From Antechinus flavipes (taxonomy: Eukaryota): a stretch of DNA of 64,000 nucleotides. The stretch is from NCBI RefSeq assembly GCF_016432865.1, contig NC_067400.1:623968001-624032000 (forward strand), given 5' to 3'. Position numbers and translations under genes: made by a program. Each line of letters starts with the position of its first letter. The first letter of the stretch is position 1. Positions 47,555-59,015 of the stretch are shown here, piece by piece. The notes under the pieces were generated by a model that saw nothing but the letters and a program-made list of their open reading frames with translations, made no database searches and had not been told where the DNA came from.

Positions 47555-47936
47555 NNNNNNNNNNNNNNNNNNNNNNNNNNNNNNNNNNNNNNNNNNNNNN
47601 NNNNNNNNNNNNNNNNNNNNNNNNNNNNNNNNNNNNNNNNNNNNNNNNNNNNNNNNNNNNNNNNNNNNNNNNNNNNNNNNNNNNNNNNNNNNNNNNNNNN
47701 NNNNNNNNNNNNNNNNNNNNNNNNNNNNNNNNNNNNNNNNNNNNNNNNNNNNNNNNNNNNNNNNNNNNNNNNNNNNNNNNNNNNNNNNNNNNNNNNNNNN
47801 NNNNNNNNNNNNNNNNNNNNNNNNNNNNNNNNNNNNNNNNNNNNNNNNNNNNNNNNNNNNNNNNNNNNNNNNNNNNNNNNNNNNNNNNNNNNNNNNNNNN
47901 NNNNNNNNNNNNNNNNNNNNNNNNNNNNNNNNNNNN
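47555..47936. other. Assembly gap (382 N)
   Basis: Run of N. Confidence 0.98.
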
Positions 47937-48679
47937 CACTCAGCACAAATATGTTCCACATCTCCCCACATTCAGACCCACAAACATAAGTGCTCCCATC
48001 ACAGATGCACACGCACCAACAACCCAGTAGAAAGCATGTTTCCCACTCACACTGCACACGTCACAGACATGTACACGTATGTTTCCCCCACAGACGTATG
48101 CCCTTCACTCAGTGCTACGTCCTGGGTCCTTTGCTCTTCTCCCTCTGGGTCCCTTGGGGATCTCAGCAGTTCCCTGGGATGGTTACATCACTATTAATGA
48201 TTCTCAGCTCTCCCGGTCCTGCTCTAGTCTCTTGCTGACCTTCAACTGCCTTTCCGACAGCTGGAACTGCACATCTAGTAGACAAACTCGACATGTCCCA
48301 AACAAGTCCTTCTCTTCTCCTGAACCTCCCCTACCTCTGCCATTACTGCGGAGGACACCCTCGGGCTCCCGCCAGAACTCGTCCTGGACTCCTCGCTCAC
48401 CCCCACCTCCAATATGGCGGCGGGGCCTGTCACTCTCACCTTTATGACATCTCTTGTCTACATCTCCTTCCCTCCTCTGCTATCTTGCTCTCCCCAGTGC
48501 AGATCCCCATCACCTTGCGTTACTGCAACAGCTGCTCCCGCCTCCAGCCTCTTCCCAACCTAATCCATCTTTCATTCAGCCCCAATATCAATTTCCATGA
48601 ATTGAATGTCCAAACATGGCACCCCCTACTCAAGAAACCCTAGTAGCTCCCTATAGCCTCCAAGCTCAAATCTATATAG

Positions 48680-48800
48680 GCAATTGAGACAATTGGGGTT
48701 AAGTGACTTGCCCAGGGCCACACAGCCAGGAGTGTTAAGTGTCTGAGACCGGATTTGAACTCGGGTCCCTCCTGACTTCAGGGCTGGAGCTGCCTCCCTT
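48680..48800. mobile_element. Marsupial CORE-SINE (WSINE1/Mar-like) fragment
   Basis: GGGGTTAAGTGACTTGCCCAGGGCCACACAGC...GTGTTAAGTGTCTGAG...ATTTGAACTC...CTCCTGACTTCAGGGCTGG. Confidence 0.75.
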
Positions 48801-49904
48801 TCCAGAGTTCTTACATCTTATCCCTCATTTTTGGTCCAATGACCTTGGCCCCCTGCTGACATCCCTGGCTTTTTAAAGACCTAACTAAAGCTTCGGTCTG
48901 CGGGAAGCCTTCCCCAAGTCCTCTCAATTCCAGATTTGCTCGGTCTATATTTGTTTGCCCATTGTCTCTCCCAACAGATGATGAGCTCTTGAGGGCTGGA
49001 CCTTCTTTTGCTTCTCAGCACAATCCCTAGCATACTGTAGGCGCTTAATAAATGTTTATTGCTCCGTTGATGGGGAACATCACACCCTCAGACCCAGGCA
49101 GCGCCGCAGCCACTCAGGTTCCTGAACCACGGAGGCAACACGCCCCCAGAAATTCACGCGTCCCCTTACTCGCGTCCACACGGGTAAACAGGTTCCCTCC
49201 GCTTTCCTTGGGGAAACTTTCCTGATTGGCCAGAAACCCCAGGTGCAAGGGGCTCGGTAAGAGCTCCTGGCGGAAACTGAGGCAGGAGTGGTCCCTCCGC
49301 GGATTCTCCAGAGCCAGGCGGGCCCCGAGGGCGGCATGGAGCCCGCCGCTTATTTTACGGAGGAGAAACAGGCCGGAGAGGGGAAGGGGCTCGGTCTCCC
49401 CGAGCTCGGGGGCGGCTCAGTGGCGGCGGGAGGCTCTTGCCGAGGCGCCCGTGTCAGAGGCAGAAGGAACTAGGTCGCCGCGGCCTTCGGCGCTCTTGTT
49501 CCCCAGCGGGCTCGAGCCCTTCCGGCTTCCCGCCCTCCCCTGCTAGGTTGGGGGCCGGGGCTCTGGTCCCCGGCCGCCGGCCCGAGTCTCGCCTCTGAGC
49601 TCTTGCTCGCGTCCGGGGGGGTTTCTCGCTCCTCTCCCTCCCAGCTTCCCCCGCTCCTTGGAGCTCAGATCAGACCCAGCTTCTGCCCCCCATTCATGGC
49701 TGGTTGTCTGCAGTCTGGCCCGGGGCTTGTTGGTGGCACTTGCTGCCTGACTGCTTCCGGCTAGTCTGGGAGCTTCCCCAGGGCACGGCCTTAGCCAGTG
49801 CTTAGCGCCCAGTAGGTGCTTTCTGGTGCTTCTTGACTGGAATTACCCAGAGGAAGTCCCAGCTGTGGCCTCCCCCTGAGAGCACCCCAGCCCATCAGGA
49901 GAAA

Positions 49905-50245
49905 CGGGGTTCTCTCTTCCTTTCTCTCTCCTTCCTCCCCTCTCTCCTCTCTTCCTCTTCCTTCTCTCCCCCTCCCTTCTCTCTCCTTCCTCACCTCTCT
50001 CCTCTTCCCCCTTCTCCCCCTCTCTCTGCCCTTCCTCCCCTCTCTTCCCTTTCCTCTCCCCTTCCTTCTTCCTCTCTCTTCCCCCCTCCTGCCCTCTCTT
50101 CTCCCTCCCTCCTCCCTTCCTCTCCTTTCTCCTCCCTTCCTCTCCTTTTCCTCCCTTCCTCCCCTCCCTCCTCCCTCCCTTCCTCCCCTTCCTCCTCTCC
50201 CTTCTCCCTTCCTTCTTCCCCTTCTTCCCCTCCCTCCTCCCTGCC
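49905..50245. repeat. CT-rich polypyrimidine low-complexity tract
   Basis: Almost exclusively C and T on the + strand. Confidence 0.85.
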
Positions 50246-51619
50246 CCTCTGTGGGCCCTCTCACCTGAGATGGCTGCTCAGACCTAGGGGCCACAGGGGA
50301 GAAGTGGAGAAGTTAGACAGCTGTAGGCTGAGTGTCAGGAGCAGCTGCCCACGGGAAGCTGCCTGGAAGGGCCGGGGACACTGCCGGGAGGGCGGGGCTG
50401 AGGGGGCCTAGTAAGGGGCTTGCCATTTGGATACCAGTCAGAAGGGGGGGTCTTCAGGCTGGCAGGGGCTCCTGGGCTCCCGAGGCCTTCTAAGTGGGCC
50501 GGCTCTGGCCCAAATTCACAAGTCCCAGCGTCCCTTGGGACGGGGTCCGGCCCCACCCTTTTGGGAGCTGCTGATTCTAAAACTCAGAGTCCCAGAGGAA
50601 AGGGGAGAGCTGAGGGGGAGAGAGAAGTAGGGCTGTGTGTGGCGGACATCAGCCCAGGTGCCGTGTGGGGACCGCTGAGTGAGGACAGGAACGGAGGGCT
50701 CTGAGCCCTGTCTCAGCCTGAAGCCCCCCTCCCCCAGCTTCTGACTGCGGGACCCCAGTGACAAGCCCCCTAGCGGCCCAGTCTGGGTCCGGCCCTCCAG
50801 GCAGTCTCCCAGGGGTGTCCCCAGGGGGGAGGCTGGGTTGGGGGTCTCGGGGATGTCCAGGGCAGAAGCCGGAGCTGGGCTCGCTAGCTGGGGGCTCGCT
50901 CCCCTGCTCCTACGCCCTGCAGGGTCCCTCATCTTGAACAAATCTGAACCCGGCCTGGCTGGGAAGCCCTTTAGGAGTCCCCTGGGGAGCCAGGAGTCCA
51001 GTACCCCGGTTCTGAGCAGAGGAACGGGAAGCTCAGGGAGCGTCAGGGGTTTCTCTTGGGGGAATTGCCGGACTCTTTCTTCACCCCAATCACCCCGTAT
51101 TCAGCAGGGCCCCCCTCCCCCCTGCTGGCCTGGCGGGGCACACAGTGGACTCTTAATAAATGTTTATTGATTTAATTGCTTGGATTTTCTCCTCCTAAGG
51201 GAACTCAAAGCTCTCGGGCAGCCCAGCCTCCTTTCATTCTAGAATCACTGTGTGACCTTGGAAAAGTCCTTTGTCCCGGCTGGGACTCCATTTTCACATC
51301 TGAAAAAGAGACGAGCTAAGCCATTTCCACCTCCCCCTGTCCCCAGCTCCCGCCAGCTGCTCGGCTCCTCCTTGCCCCGGGCCCTTTGGAGGAGAGGGAC
51401 CCGGGCCCGCCAAATCCGCAACCTTGCCCCCGGCTGCCCGCCTTCTGTTAGCTGCAGGAGCTGGGACCAATCAGCTCCGTCGAAACTCTGTGACGTCGCC
51501 GGTCACCGGGCAGGCTCCAGCTGATGCAGCCCAAAGTCCTCCCTCAGCGCCCTTCCCCCTTCCCCCGTTTAGACTGTACCCCGTGAACCCCAGGGTGCGG
51601 GGGGGGAGGGGGGAAGGAG

Positions 51620-51900
51620 CCCCTGACCGGAGGAAGAAGGGGAAGGAGAGGCTCAGAAACAGAAATGAAGGGAGAGAGTTGGGGAAGACACTGAGAGAAG
51701 GGGAGACAGAGGCTCGGAGAGCGGAGACTGATGGGTACTAAGTGGCCCCCCCTCTGCTTAGACGGGGCGGGGGGGAGGGGGGCAGGAGCTCCTGACCGGA
51801 GGAAGGAGGGGAAGGAGAGGCTCAGAAACAGATCGGGGAAGACACCGAGAGAAGGGGAGACATGCTGGGAGAGCAGAAACGGATGGGTACTAAGCCTCCA
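51620..51900. repeat. Two diverged ~169-bp tandem copies
   Basis: CCTGACCGGAGGAAG...GGAGAGGCTCAGAAACAGA...GATGGGTACTAAG at about 51622 and 51791. Confidence 0.75.
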
Positions 51901-52075
51901 CAAGGGAAGGGAAATCAAAACAGAGCCGGACAGACAGAAGGAAAGAAAGGGGGCAGGGAGGGGAAGGAGTGGGGAGAGTGGGGAGGGAGCAGGAGACAGG
52001 GAAGGGGAGGGGACTGGAGAGGGGAGGGAGGGAGAAGAGAGATGAGGGCAAAGCTAATAATGCCGCCATTTCTAG

Positions 52076-52267
52076 CAGGGGTCCTCAAACTTTTTAAATA
52101 GGGGGCCAATTCACTGTCCCTCAGACTGCTGGAGGGCCGGACTATGGTAAAAACAAAAACTTTGTTTTGTGGGCCTTTAAATAAAGAAACTTCAGGGCTC
52201 TGGGGGAGGGGGATAATCGTCCTCAGCTGCTGCATCTGGCCTGCGGGCTGGAGTTTGAGGACCCCTG
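52076..52267. mobile_element. Non-autonomous hAT MITE, OC1 (OposCharlie1)/nhAT1-like
   Basis: 192 bp with perfect 16-bp terminal inverted repeats CAGGGGTCCTCAAACT...AGTTTGAGGACCCCTG; interior resembles my recollection of OC1-NA. An 8-bp TSD is not evident. Confidence 0.8.
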
Positions 52268-52508
52268 AGAGGATTAAGTCTTGCAGAAGGAGGGGCTGGT
52301 TTGACCCCCATTTTTACAGACGAGGCAATCGAGTCAGAGTGAGGCTGGGTGACTCAGCTAAAACGTCTGGCCTCCTGACAGATCAGTGCTCTCTCCCTGC
52401 CTCCGAGCTTCCACCCAAGCCCCAGGGTCCCTCAGGAGGAAGAAGATGGAGGGGGGGAAGCCCCCTCCCAGGCCAGCTGCCCTGCCCAATGGGCCGGAGG
52501 CCTCAGAC

Positions 52509-52907
52509 TGTGATGACCGCTTATTTAAAATCAGCCAGAGTCAGGAATTCAGGTTGAGGGGGAAAATCTTCAATCTTTATTCTTTTTGAGGTGAAGGGGG
52601 ATTGTGATAGCAATATGGGCAGCTGCAACAGGAAGCCAGCTAGCAGAGGTGAAGGGGGATTGCCATAGCAAGGCGAGCAGCTGTGTCAAGACCCCAGCCA
52701 GCAGTCTCTCTTTCCGCTTCCCTTTCCATTTCCCTGCCTCCACCCACCAGAATCGTCATTTCCTATACAACACATCAGGACTTGGACAAAGAGTGGGCGG
52801 GGCCATTCTTTCTCCAAGAATATATATTAATAGAATATGGTCCAATTACTATTTAGCCGCACGCGCTTGGCACCTTAGTGTATCAACTCAAGCCTCAGCC
52901 CATTACA
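52509..52907 (-). mobile_element. 3' LTR (399 bp, TG...CA)
   Basis: Homologous to 57960-58315; preceded on - by polypurine tract AAAACAAAAGAAAGCAGGAGA. Confidence 0.88.
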
Positions 52908-53109
52908 TCTCCTGCTTTCTTTTGTTTTAGAACACAGGTGGTCATGCCATCCCTGACTCCTCAGGGAGGTCAGAGTCCCCAAGGGGAGGTGATCACACCC
53001 TCCCTGACTTTTCAGGAAGGGAGATGAAAAGCACCAAAGCGAAGTGGGGGTTGCTAGCAAGTTTCTGGGCTGAAGGGTCTTTATAATATAATTAGTCTTT
53101 TTATGTGTT

Positions 53110-53480
53110 AGGGAATCCAATGATTCCAGCAGATTTTGAAGTCCTGCAACAGGCATATCACTTCTCAGAAAATCCAATGATTCCTGAAAGCTTTCAAGTT
53201 TTATGTCTCAAAGAATCCAATGATTCCTGAAGGTTTTCAAGTCCTACAACAATCTTATCATGTCTCAGAGAATCCAATGATTTCTGAGGGTTCTCAAGTC
53301 CTTCAACAATCTTATGTCTCAGAGAATTCAATGATTCCTGAGGGTTTTCAAGTCCTACAACCATCTTATTATGTCTCAGAGAATCCAGTGATTCCTGAGG
53401 GTTTTCAAGTCCTACAACAATCTTATCATGTCTCAGAGAATCCAATGATTCCTGAGGGTTTTGAAGTCCAACAATTTTCT
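53110..53480. repeat. 51-60-bp tandem repeat (~6-7 copies) in the ERV 3' region
   Basis: GAATCCAATGATTCCTGAGGGTTTTCAAGTCCTACAACAATCTTATCATGTCTCAGA units. Confidence 0.88.
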
Positions 53481-53554
53481 ATGTCCATGAGTCAAACGCC
53501 GTAACTGCCACGCTCTTTCAATGGTGAGCACAATCAGCAACAGAACCACCTGAT

Positions 53555-53756
53555 ATTTCTTGGGTCTTCTACTTTGTTTCAAGAGTCTGCTCCATCTCTC
53601 TGCGATGGACAAGGTGAATACGGCTCGTTGGCACCTATTTGATTCTTTCTCCTCCTGTAAAAATACAAGCAAACCCTCTTCCTCAAGCAGTTAACCTATC
53701 TAATTCTCTTTTATGTACCACTTTCTGGATCTCTCCACATCACATGGCGATTATCT
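53555..53756 (-). pseudogene. ERV integrase C-terminal remnant
   Basis: VMWRDPESG-(W)K...DRLTA(W)GRGFACIFTGGERIK(W)VP, a betaretroviral IN C-terminal motif with stops at the Trp positions and one frameshift. Confidence 0.8.
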
Positions 53757-53772
53757 AAAGATAGTGGAGCTG

Positions 53773-56321
53773 AAAATCTTAAATAAAATATTAGCAAAAA
53801 GATTACGGAAAATCATCCCCAGGATAATACACTATGACCAAGTAGGATTTATACCAGGAATGCAGGGCTGGTTCAATATTAGGAAAACGATTAGCATAAT
53901 CGACTTTATCAATAACCAACCAAACAAAAACCATATGATCATCTCAATAGATGCAGAAAAAGCATTTGATAAAATCCAACATCCATTCCTATTAAAAACT
54001 CTTGAGAGTATAGGAATAAATGGACTTTTCTTTAAAATAATCAGTAGCATCTATTTAAAACCAGCAGTAAGCATCATATGTAATGGGGACAAACTGCAAC
54101 CATTCCCAATAAGATCAGGAGTGAAACAAGGTTGCCCACTATCACCGTTACTATTTGTTACTATTTAATATTGTATTAGAAATGCTAGCTTTGGCAATAA
54201 GAGTTGAGAAAGAGATGAAAGGAATAAGAATAGGCAATGAGGAAACCAAATTATCACTCTTTGCTGATGATATGATAGTATACTTAGAGAACCCCAGAGA
54301 CCCTACTAAAAAGTTATTAGAAACAATCCACACCTTCAGCAAAGTTGCAGGATACAAAATAAACCCACATAAGTCATAGCATTCTTATATATCACTAACA
54401 AAACACAATAGTTAGAGTTACAAAAAGAAATTCCATTTAAAGTAACTACTGATTGCATAAAATATTTAGGAATCTATCTGCCAAGGGAAAATCAGAAACT
54501 TTATGAGCAAAACTACAAAACACTTTCCACACAAATTAAGTCTGATCTAACCAACTGGAAAAATACTAAATGCTCTTGGATTGGGCGAGCAAATATAATA
54601 AAGATGACAATACTACCTAAACTAATCTATTTATTTAGTGCTATACCAATCAGACTTCCAAGAAAATATTTTAATGATCTAGAAAAAATAACAACAAAAT
54701 TCATGGAACAATAAAAAGCCGAGAATCTCAAGGGAATTAATGAAAAAAAAAATCAAATGAAGGTGGTCTAGCTGTACCTGATCTAAAACTATATTATAAA
54801 GCAGCAGTCACCAAAACCATTTGGTATTGGCTAAGAAATAGATTAGTTGATCAGTGGAAAAGGTTAGGTTCACAAGACAGAATAGTCAACTATAGCAATC
54901 TAGTGTTTGAGAAACCCAAAGATCCTAACTTTTGGGATAAGAATTCATTATTTGATTAAAAACTGGTGGGATAACTGGAAATTTGTATGGCAGAAATTAG
55001 GCATGGACCCACACTTAACACCATATACCAAGATAAGATCAAAATGGGTCCATGATCTAGGCATAAAGAATGAGATTATAAATAAATTAGAGGAACATAG
55101 GATAGTTTATCTCTCAGACTTGTGGAGGAGAAAGAAATTTGTAACCAAAGATGAACTAGAGACCATTACTGATCACAAAATAGAAAATTTTGATTATATC
55201 AAATTAAAAAGCCTTCGTACAAACAAAACTAATGCAAACAAGATTAGAAGGGAAGCAATAAACTGGGAAAACATCTTCACAGTTAAAGGTTCTGATAAAG
55301 CCATTCTCCAATTGGTAAATGGTCAAAGGATATGAACAGACAATTTTCAGATGATGAAATTGAAATTATTACCACTCATATGAAAGTGTTCCAAATCACT
55401 ATTGATCAGAGAAATGCAAATTAAGACAACTTTGAGATACCACTACACACCTGTCAGATTGGCTAAGATGACAGGAAAAAATAATGATGAATGTTGGAGG
55501 GGATGCAGGAAAACTGGGATACTGATGCATTGTTGGTGGAGTTGTGAACGAATCCAACCATTCTGGAGAGCAATCTGGAATTATGCCCAAAAAGTTATCC
55601 AACTGTGCATACCCTTTGATCCAGCAGTGTTACTTCTGGGCTTATATCCCAAAGAAATACTAAAGAAGGGAAAGAAACCTATGTGCCAAAATGTGTGTGG
55701 CAGCCCTGTTTGTAGTGGCTAGAAACTGGAAATTGAATGGATGCCCATCCATTGGAGAATGGCTGGGTAAATTGTGCTATATGAATGTTATGGAATATTA
55801 TTGTTCTATAAGAAATGACCAGCAGGATGAATACAGAGAGGCTTGGAGAGACTTACATGAACTGATGCTAAGTGAAATGAGCAGAACCAGGAGATCATTA
55901 TACACTTCAACAATGATACTGTATGAGAATGTATTCTGATGGAAGTGGATTTCTTTGACAAAAAGACCTAATTCCGTTTCAATTGATGAATGATGGACAG
56001 AAGCCGCTACACCCAAAGAAAGAACACTGGGAAATGAATGTAAACTATTTGCATTTTTGTTTTTCTTCCTGGGTTATTTTTACCTTCTGAATCCAATTCT
56101 CCCTGTGCAACAAGAGAACTGTTCGGTTCTGCAAACATATATTATATCTAGGACATACTGCAACATACTTAACATATATAGGACTGCTTAGGGAGGGGAT
56201 GGAGGGAGGGAGGGGAAAAATCGGAACAGAACCGAGTGCAAGGGATAATGTTGTAAAAAAAATTACCCAGGCATGGGTTCTGTCAATAAAAAGTTATTAT
56301 AAAATAAAATTAAAAAAAAAA
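53773..56321 (+). mobile_element. 5'-truncated LINE-1 (ORF2 RT and C-terminus, 3' UTR, poly-A) with 16-bp TSD
   Basis: KILNKILA...[13 protein letters not shown]...[10 protein letters not shown]...FADD; frameshifted; A-rich tail; AAAGATAGTGGAGCTG at 53757-53772 and 56319-56334; CT/AAAG endonuclease-like site. Confidence 0.95.
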
Positions 56322-56334
56322 GATAGTGGAGCTG

Positions 56335-57946
56335 TTTGCACTGGACACTGCCCTGTTGTGTTAAAAGGCCTGTAACCTCCCCAACTGTAATCCTGATTGC
56401 TTTTCTGTTGGTTGATGACATCAGAGTCCTGAATTTCTAACATCTCTCTGGGTGTAACCTCAGCTGCTATCACGCCCCACCTATCTTTTGATTGATACTT
56501 TGGAGCGGGGCCCTGCCTCTCATTTCTCTGGATCAATCTACATTCAGAGGCCCAATGAAAGTCTCGATTACATTTTGGACATGGGTTTTGGGGTTTTATT
56601 CTCTCACCCTGTCTTCTCATTCTATCTCCATATCTACAATGAGTTCTCAAATGTCCAACTTTTCCACATTGAAAGCATCTACGAGTTTCTCTAGAATTCC
56701 TTTGCCAAGAAGTTCCCTGTCTTCCCATGTTGGGATCTTGGGAAGTCTGCATCATAGCCTGGCTATAAAAAGGCATTTGTGCCCACTGTGGCACAAGGGC
56801 TCATTTGGCCCTTGTGTTATTTTTGGAAAGGCCTCACCCTTGTCATCTTTATTGTGGAGAGAAGCCCATGCTTTGATAGCATTAGCAGCGATTTGCTCAT
56901 ATGCTACTATGGAGTAATTAATCTGTAATGCAACATCTGCATAGGAACCTACACCTGTTAGTAGGTCACAGGTGATTGCAGCATGAACTCCACTTTGACT
57001 ATTTTGTTGGGCTTGTATCCTACAGAGCTCACTCTATTCAGAAAGCCACAAGTAGTTTTGTCCAGGTTCTAGGCATACCCTTGCTATAGATTTCCAGTCA
57101 TTAGGGGTCAAGATTTCAAAAGCCAAATTCTGTAATAACATCTTAACATAAGCCGATGTAGCCCCATAAAGAGTGCGATTCTTTTTCAGGTCTTTGAGGA
57201 TTTCTATATCAAAAGGAGCGTATTTTCTACTTTCTTAACCTGAAGAATTAAACTGTTGAATTACAGGAAAAATGTGGTGTTGAAATTCCAATACATCTCT
57301 CCCTTCCGCTTTGGCCTTAATTAGTCCTTTTTGCAATCTAGTCATAGGAGCGGCTGGATGCTGGGGGGGAGGTGCTGGTGCTGGGGGGGAGGTGCTGGTG
57401 CTGGCAGTGACACTTCCCTTCCTCCCTCCATCCCGGAGAGTCAATTACCTGCTCCTCAGGTGGGGCTGAAGCTGCCTCACATTCACCCCACCCTTGAGCC
57501 TCACTTAAGTCTCCATGCCCTGTGGAGATATGGTCATTAATCTGTTCATTATCTTCCTCCTTTATCTCAAGCTTCCCCATTTGGCTATTCCTAGAGCTTT
57601 TTCCCTTTCTTCTAGAACTCATCTGATTTTTTAAAGCCACCTATATTATGTTGTATAAATAGAATACCTCGATGGAAATTGCATGAGGACCGTTTTCATT
57701 GTAATATGCGGAGAGCTGTTGACCAATCAATGCCCAGTTAGCTAGAGAGATTTGCTCTTCCTCTAAGAACCAAGAGGAGGTGCGTTTTAATGTACCCAGA
57801 AGTCTAGCTGTCTGTTCCCAAGTTATAAGTAGCCCTTGATCTTCTATCAGCTTAAGCAGGCTTTCTATAGCACCACTCCTGGGTGGGTCTGGGGGTGGGG
57901 GGATTGGGGTGGGGGATGGAGAATCTTTACCTAGGATTTGTCCCAT
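56335..57946 (-). pseudogene. gag: ERV gag remnant (MA, partial CA, NC with two CCHC knuckles)
   Basis: MGQILGK myristoylation start; CA-like PFDIEILKDLKK..YGATSAY and F.KITQGPNEP; CFQCGKVGHLRTHC and CPKCNRDFHWASEC. Contains stops and frameshifts. Confidence 0.88.
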
Positions 57947-57959
57947 TTCAGCCAAAAAG

Positions 57960-58315
57960 TTCAGGTTGAGGGGAAAATCTTCAATCTTTATTCTTTTTGA
58001 GATGAAGGGGGATTGTGATAGCAATATGGGCAGCTGCTACAGGAAGCCAGCCAGCAGAGGTGAAGGGGGATTGCCGATGGGTCAGAAGTGAAGGGGGGTC
58101 ACGATAGCACTGTGAGCAGCTGTGTCAAGACCCCAGCCAGCAGTCTCCTACCCACCAAAATCGTCATTTCCTATACAACACATCAGGACTTGCACAAAGA
58201 GGGGGTGGGGCCATTCTTTTTCCAAGCTTATATATTAATAGAGTATGGTCCAATGACTATTTAGCCTCATGTGCTTGGGACCTCAGTGCATCAACTCAAG
58301 CCTCAGCCCATTACA
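57960..58315 (-). mobile_element. 5' LTR, truncated at its U5 end
   Basis: Matches 52548-52907 but lacks the last ~39 bp; only ~13 nt separate it from the gag ATG. Confidence 0.85.
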
Positions 58316-58794
58316 CTAGACTTTAGAAACAAACCTTCCACGACTTGGAAAGCTGGGAAGGAGCCCCCAGAGAAGGGAAGCGCTTGGCTGGGGTCACCCC
58401 ATCTGGGATGCCAAGTTACCTGAGCAAAGTGGCCCAGAAAACAGGACCCTGCCCTGGAGTCAGGGAGGCGCAGACTACACACTCAGGAGCTGAGTGACCC
58501 GAGGCCTCAGTTTGCCCATCTGCAATAGCCGGGCAGGATGGCTGTGAGCACCGGCTCTTTATACCTCAGCCTGCGGTCTGCCCTTAGTGAGCGCTCCCAG
58601 GCCTGAGCCCAGGGGCCCCTTTGTAAGCACCAGGCTGCCCTGCTGGCCCCTCGGTGGTGGTGGGGAGCCCAGCCCTGGAGACCGAGGGAGCCCCAGGGCC
58701 GTGCCCAGCCTGGGCAGGGAGCGGCCCCCCAGAGCTCACGGGGAGCCCCCCCCCCCAGAGCCTCTGCAGCCGGTCTCCCAGATCTGTTTGCCCA

Positions 58795-59015
58795 CGTGTG
58801 TCATGTGTCACACGGGGTGTGCTTGTACTTTGTGTGTTGTGTGTGTGTGTGCACTAGGCAGTGCATTGTGGGTACGTGTGCATGTTGTGCACGTGTGTGC
58901 TCTGTACATGTGCGCGCACCTCGTGTTTACGCATTGCTGTGTGTGCAGGGGCATGTGCTTGTGCCTGCTGTGCATTGTATGTACATGTACGGGGCGCACA
59001 CGGGTGTGTGCATGG
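58795..59015. repeat. TG-rich low-complexity tract
   Basis: Alternating TG/CA-rich sequence. Confidence 0.6.

Larger units (their letters stand above)
52509..58315 (-). mobile_element. Internally deleted betaretrovirus-like (ERV2) provirus, interrupted by L1
   Basis: LTRs at 52509-52907 and ~57960-58315 (TGTAATGGG start on -, TATA-like box and AATAAA); polypurine tract next to the 3' LTR; gag and integrase remnants inside. Confidence 0.9.

Noticed and set aside
47175-48197. ORFs spanning the 382-N gap
   Set aside because: Open only because N codons contain no stops.
49080-49337. 85-aa minus-strand ORF considered as a retrotransposon or chromodomain remnant
   Set aside because: No recognisable conserved motif on inspection.
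53110-53480. CRISPR-like regular repeat
   Set aside because: Contiguous tandem units without unique spacers, inside a eukaryotic ERV; no cas genes.
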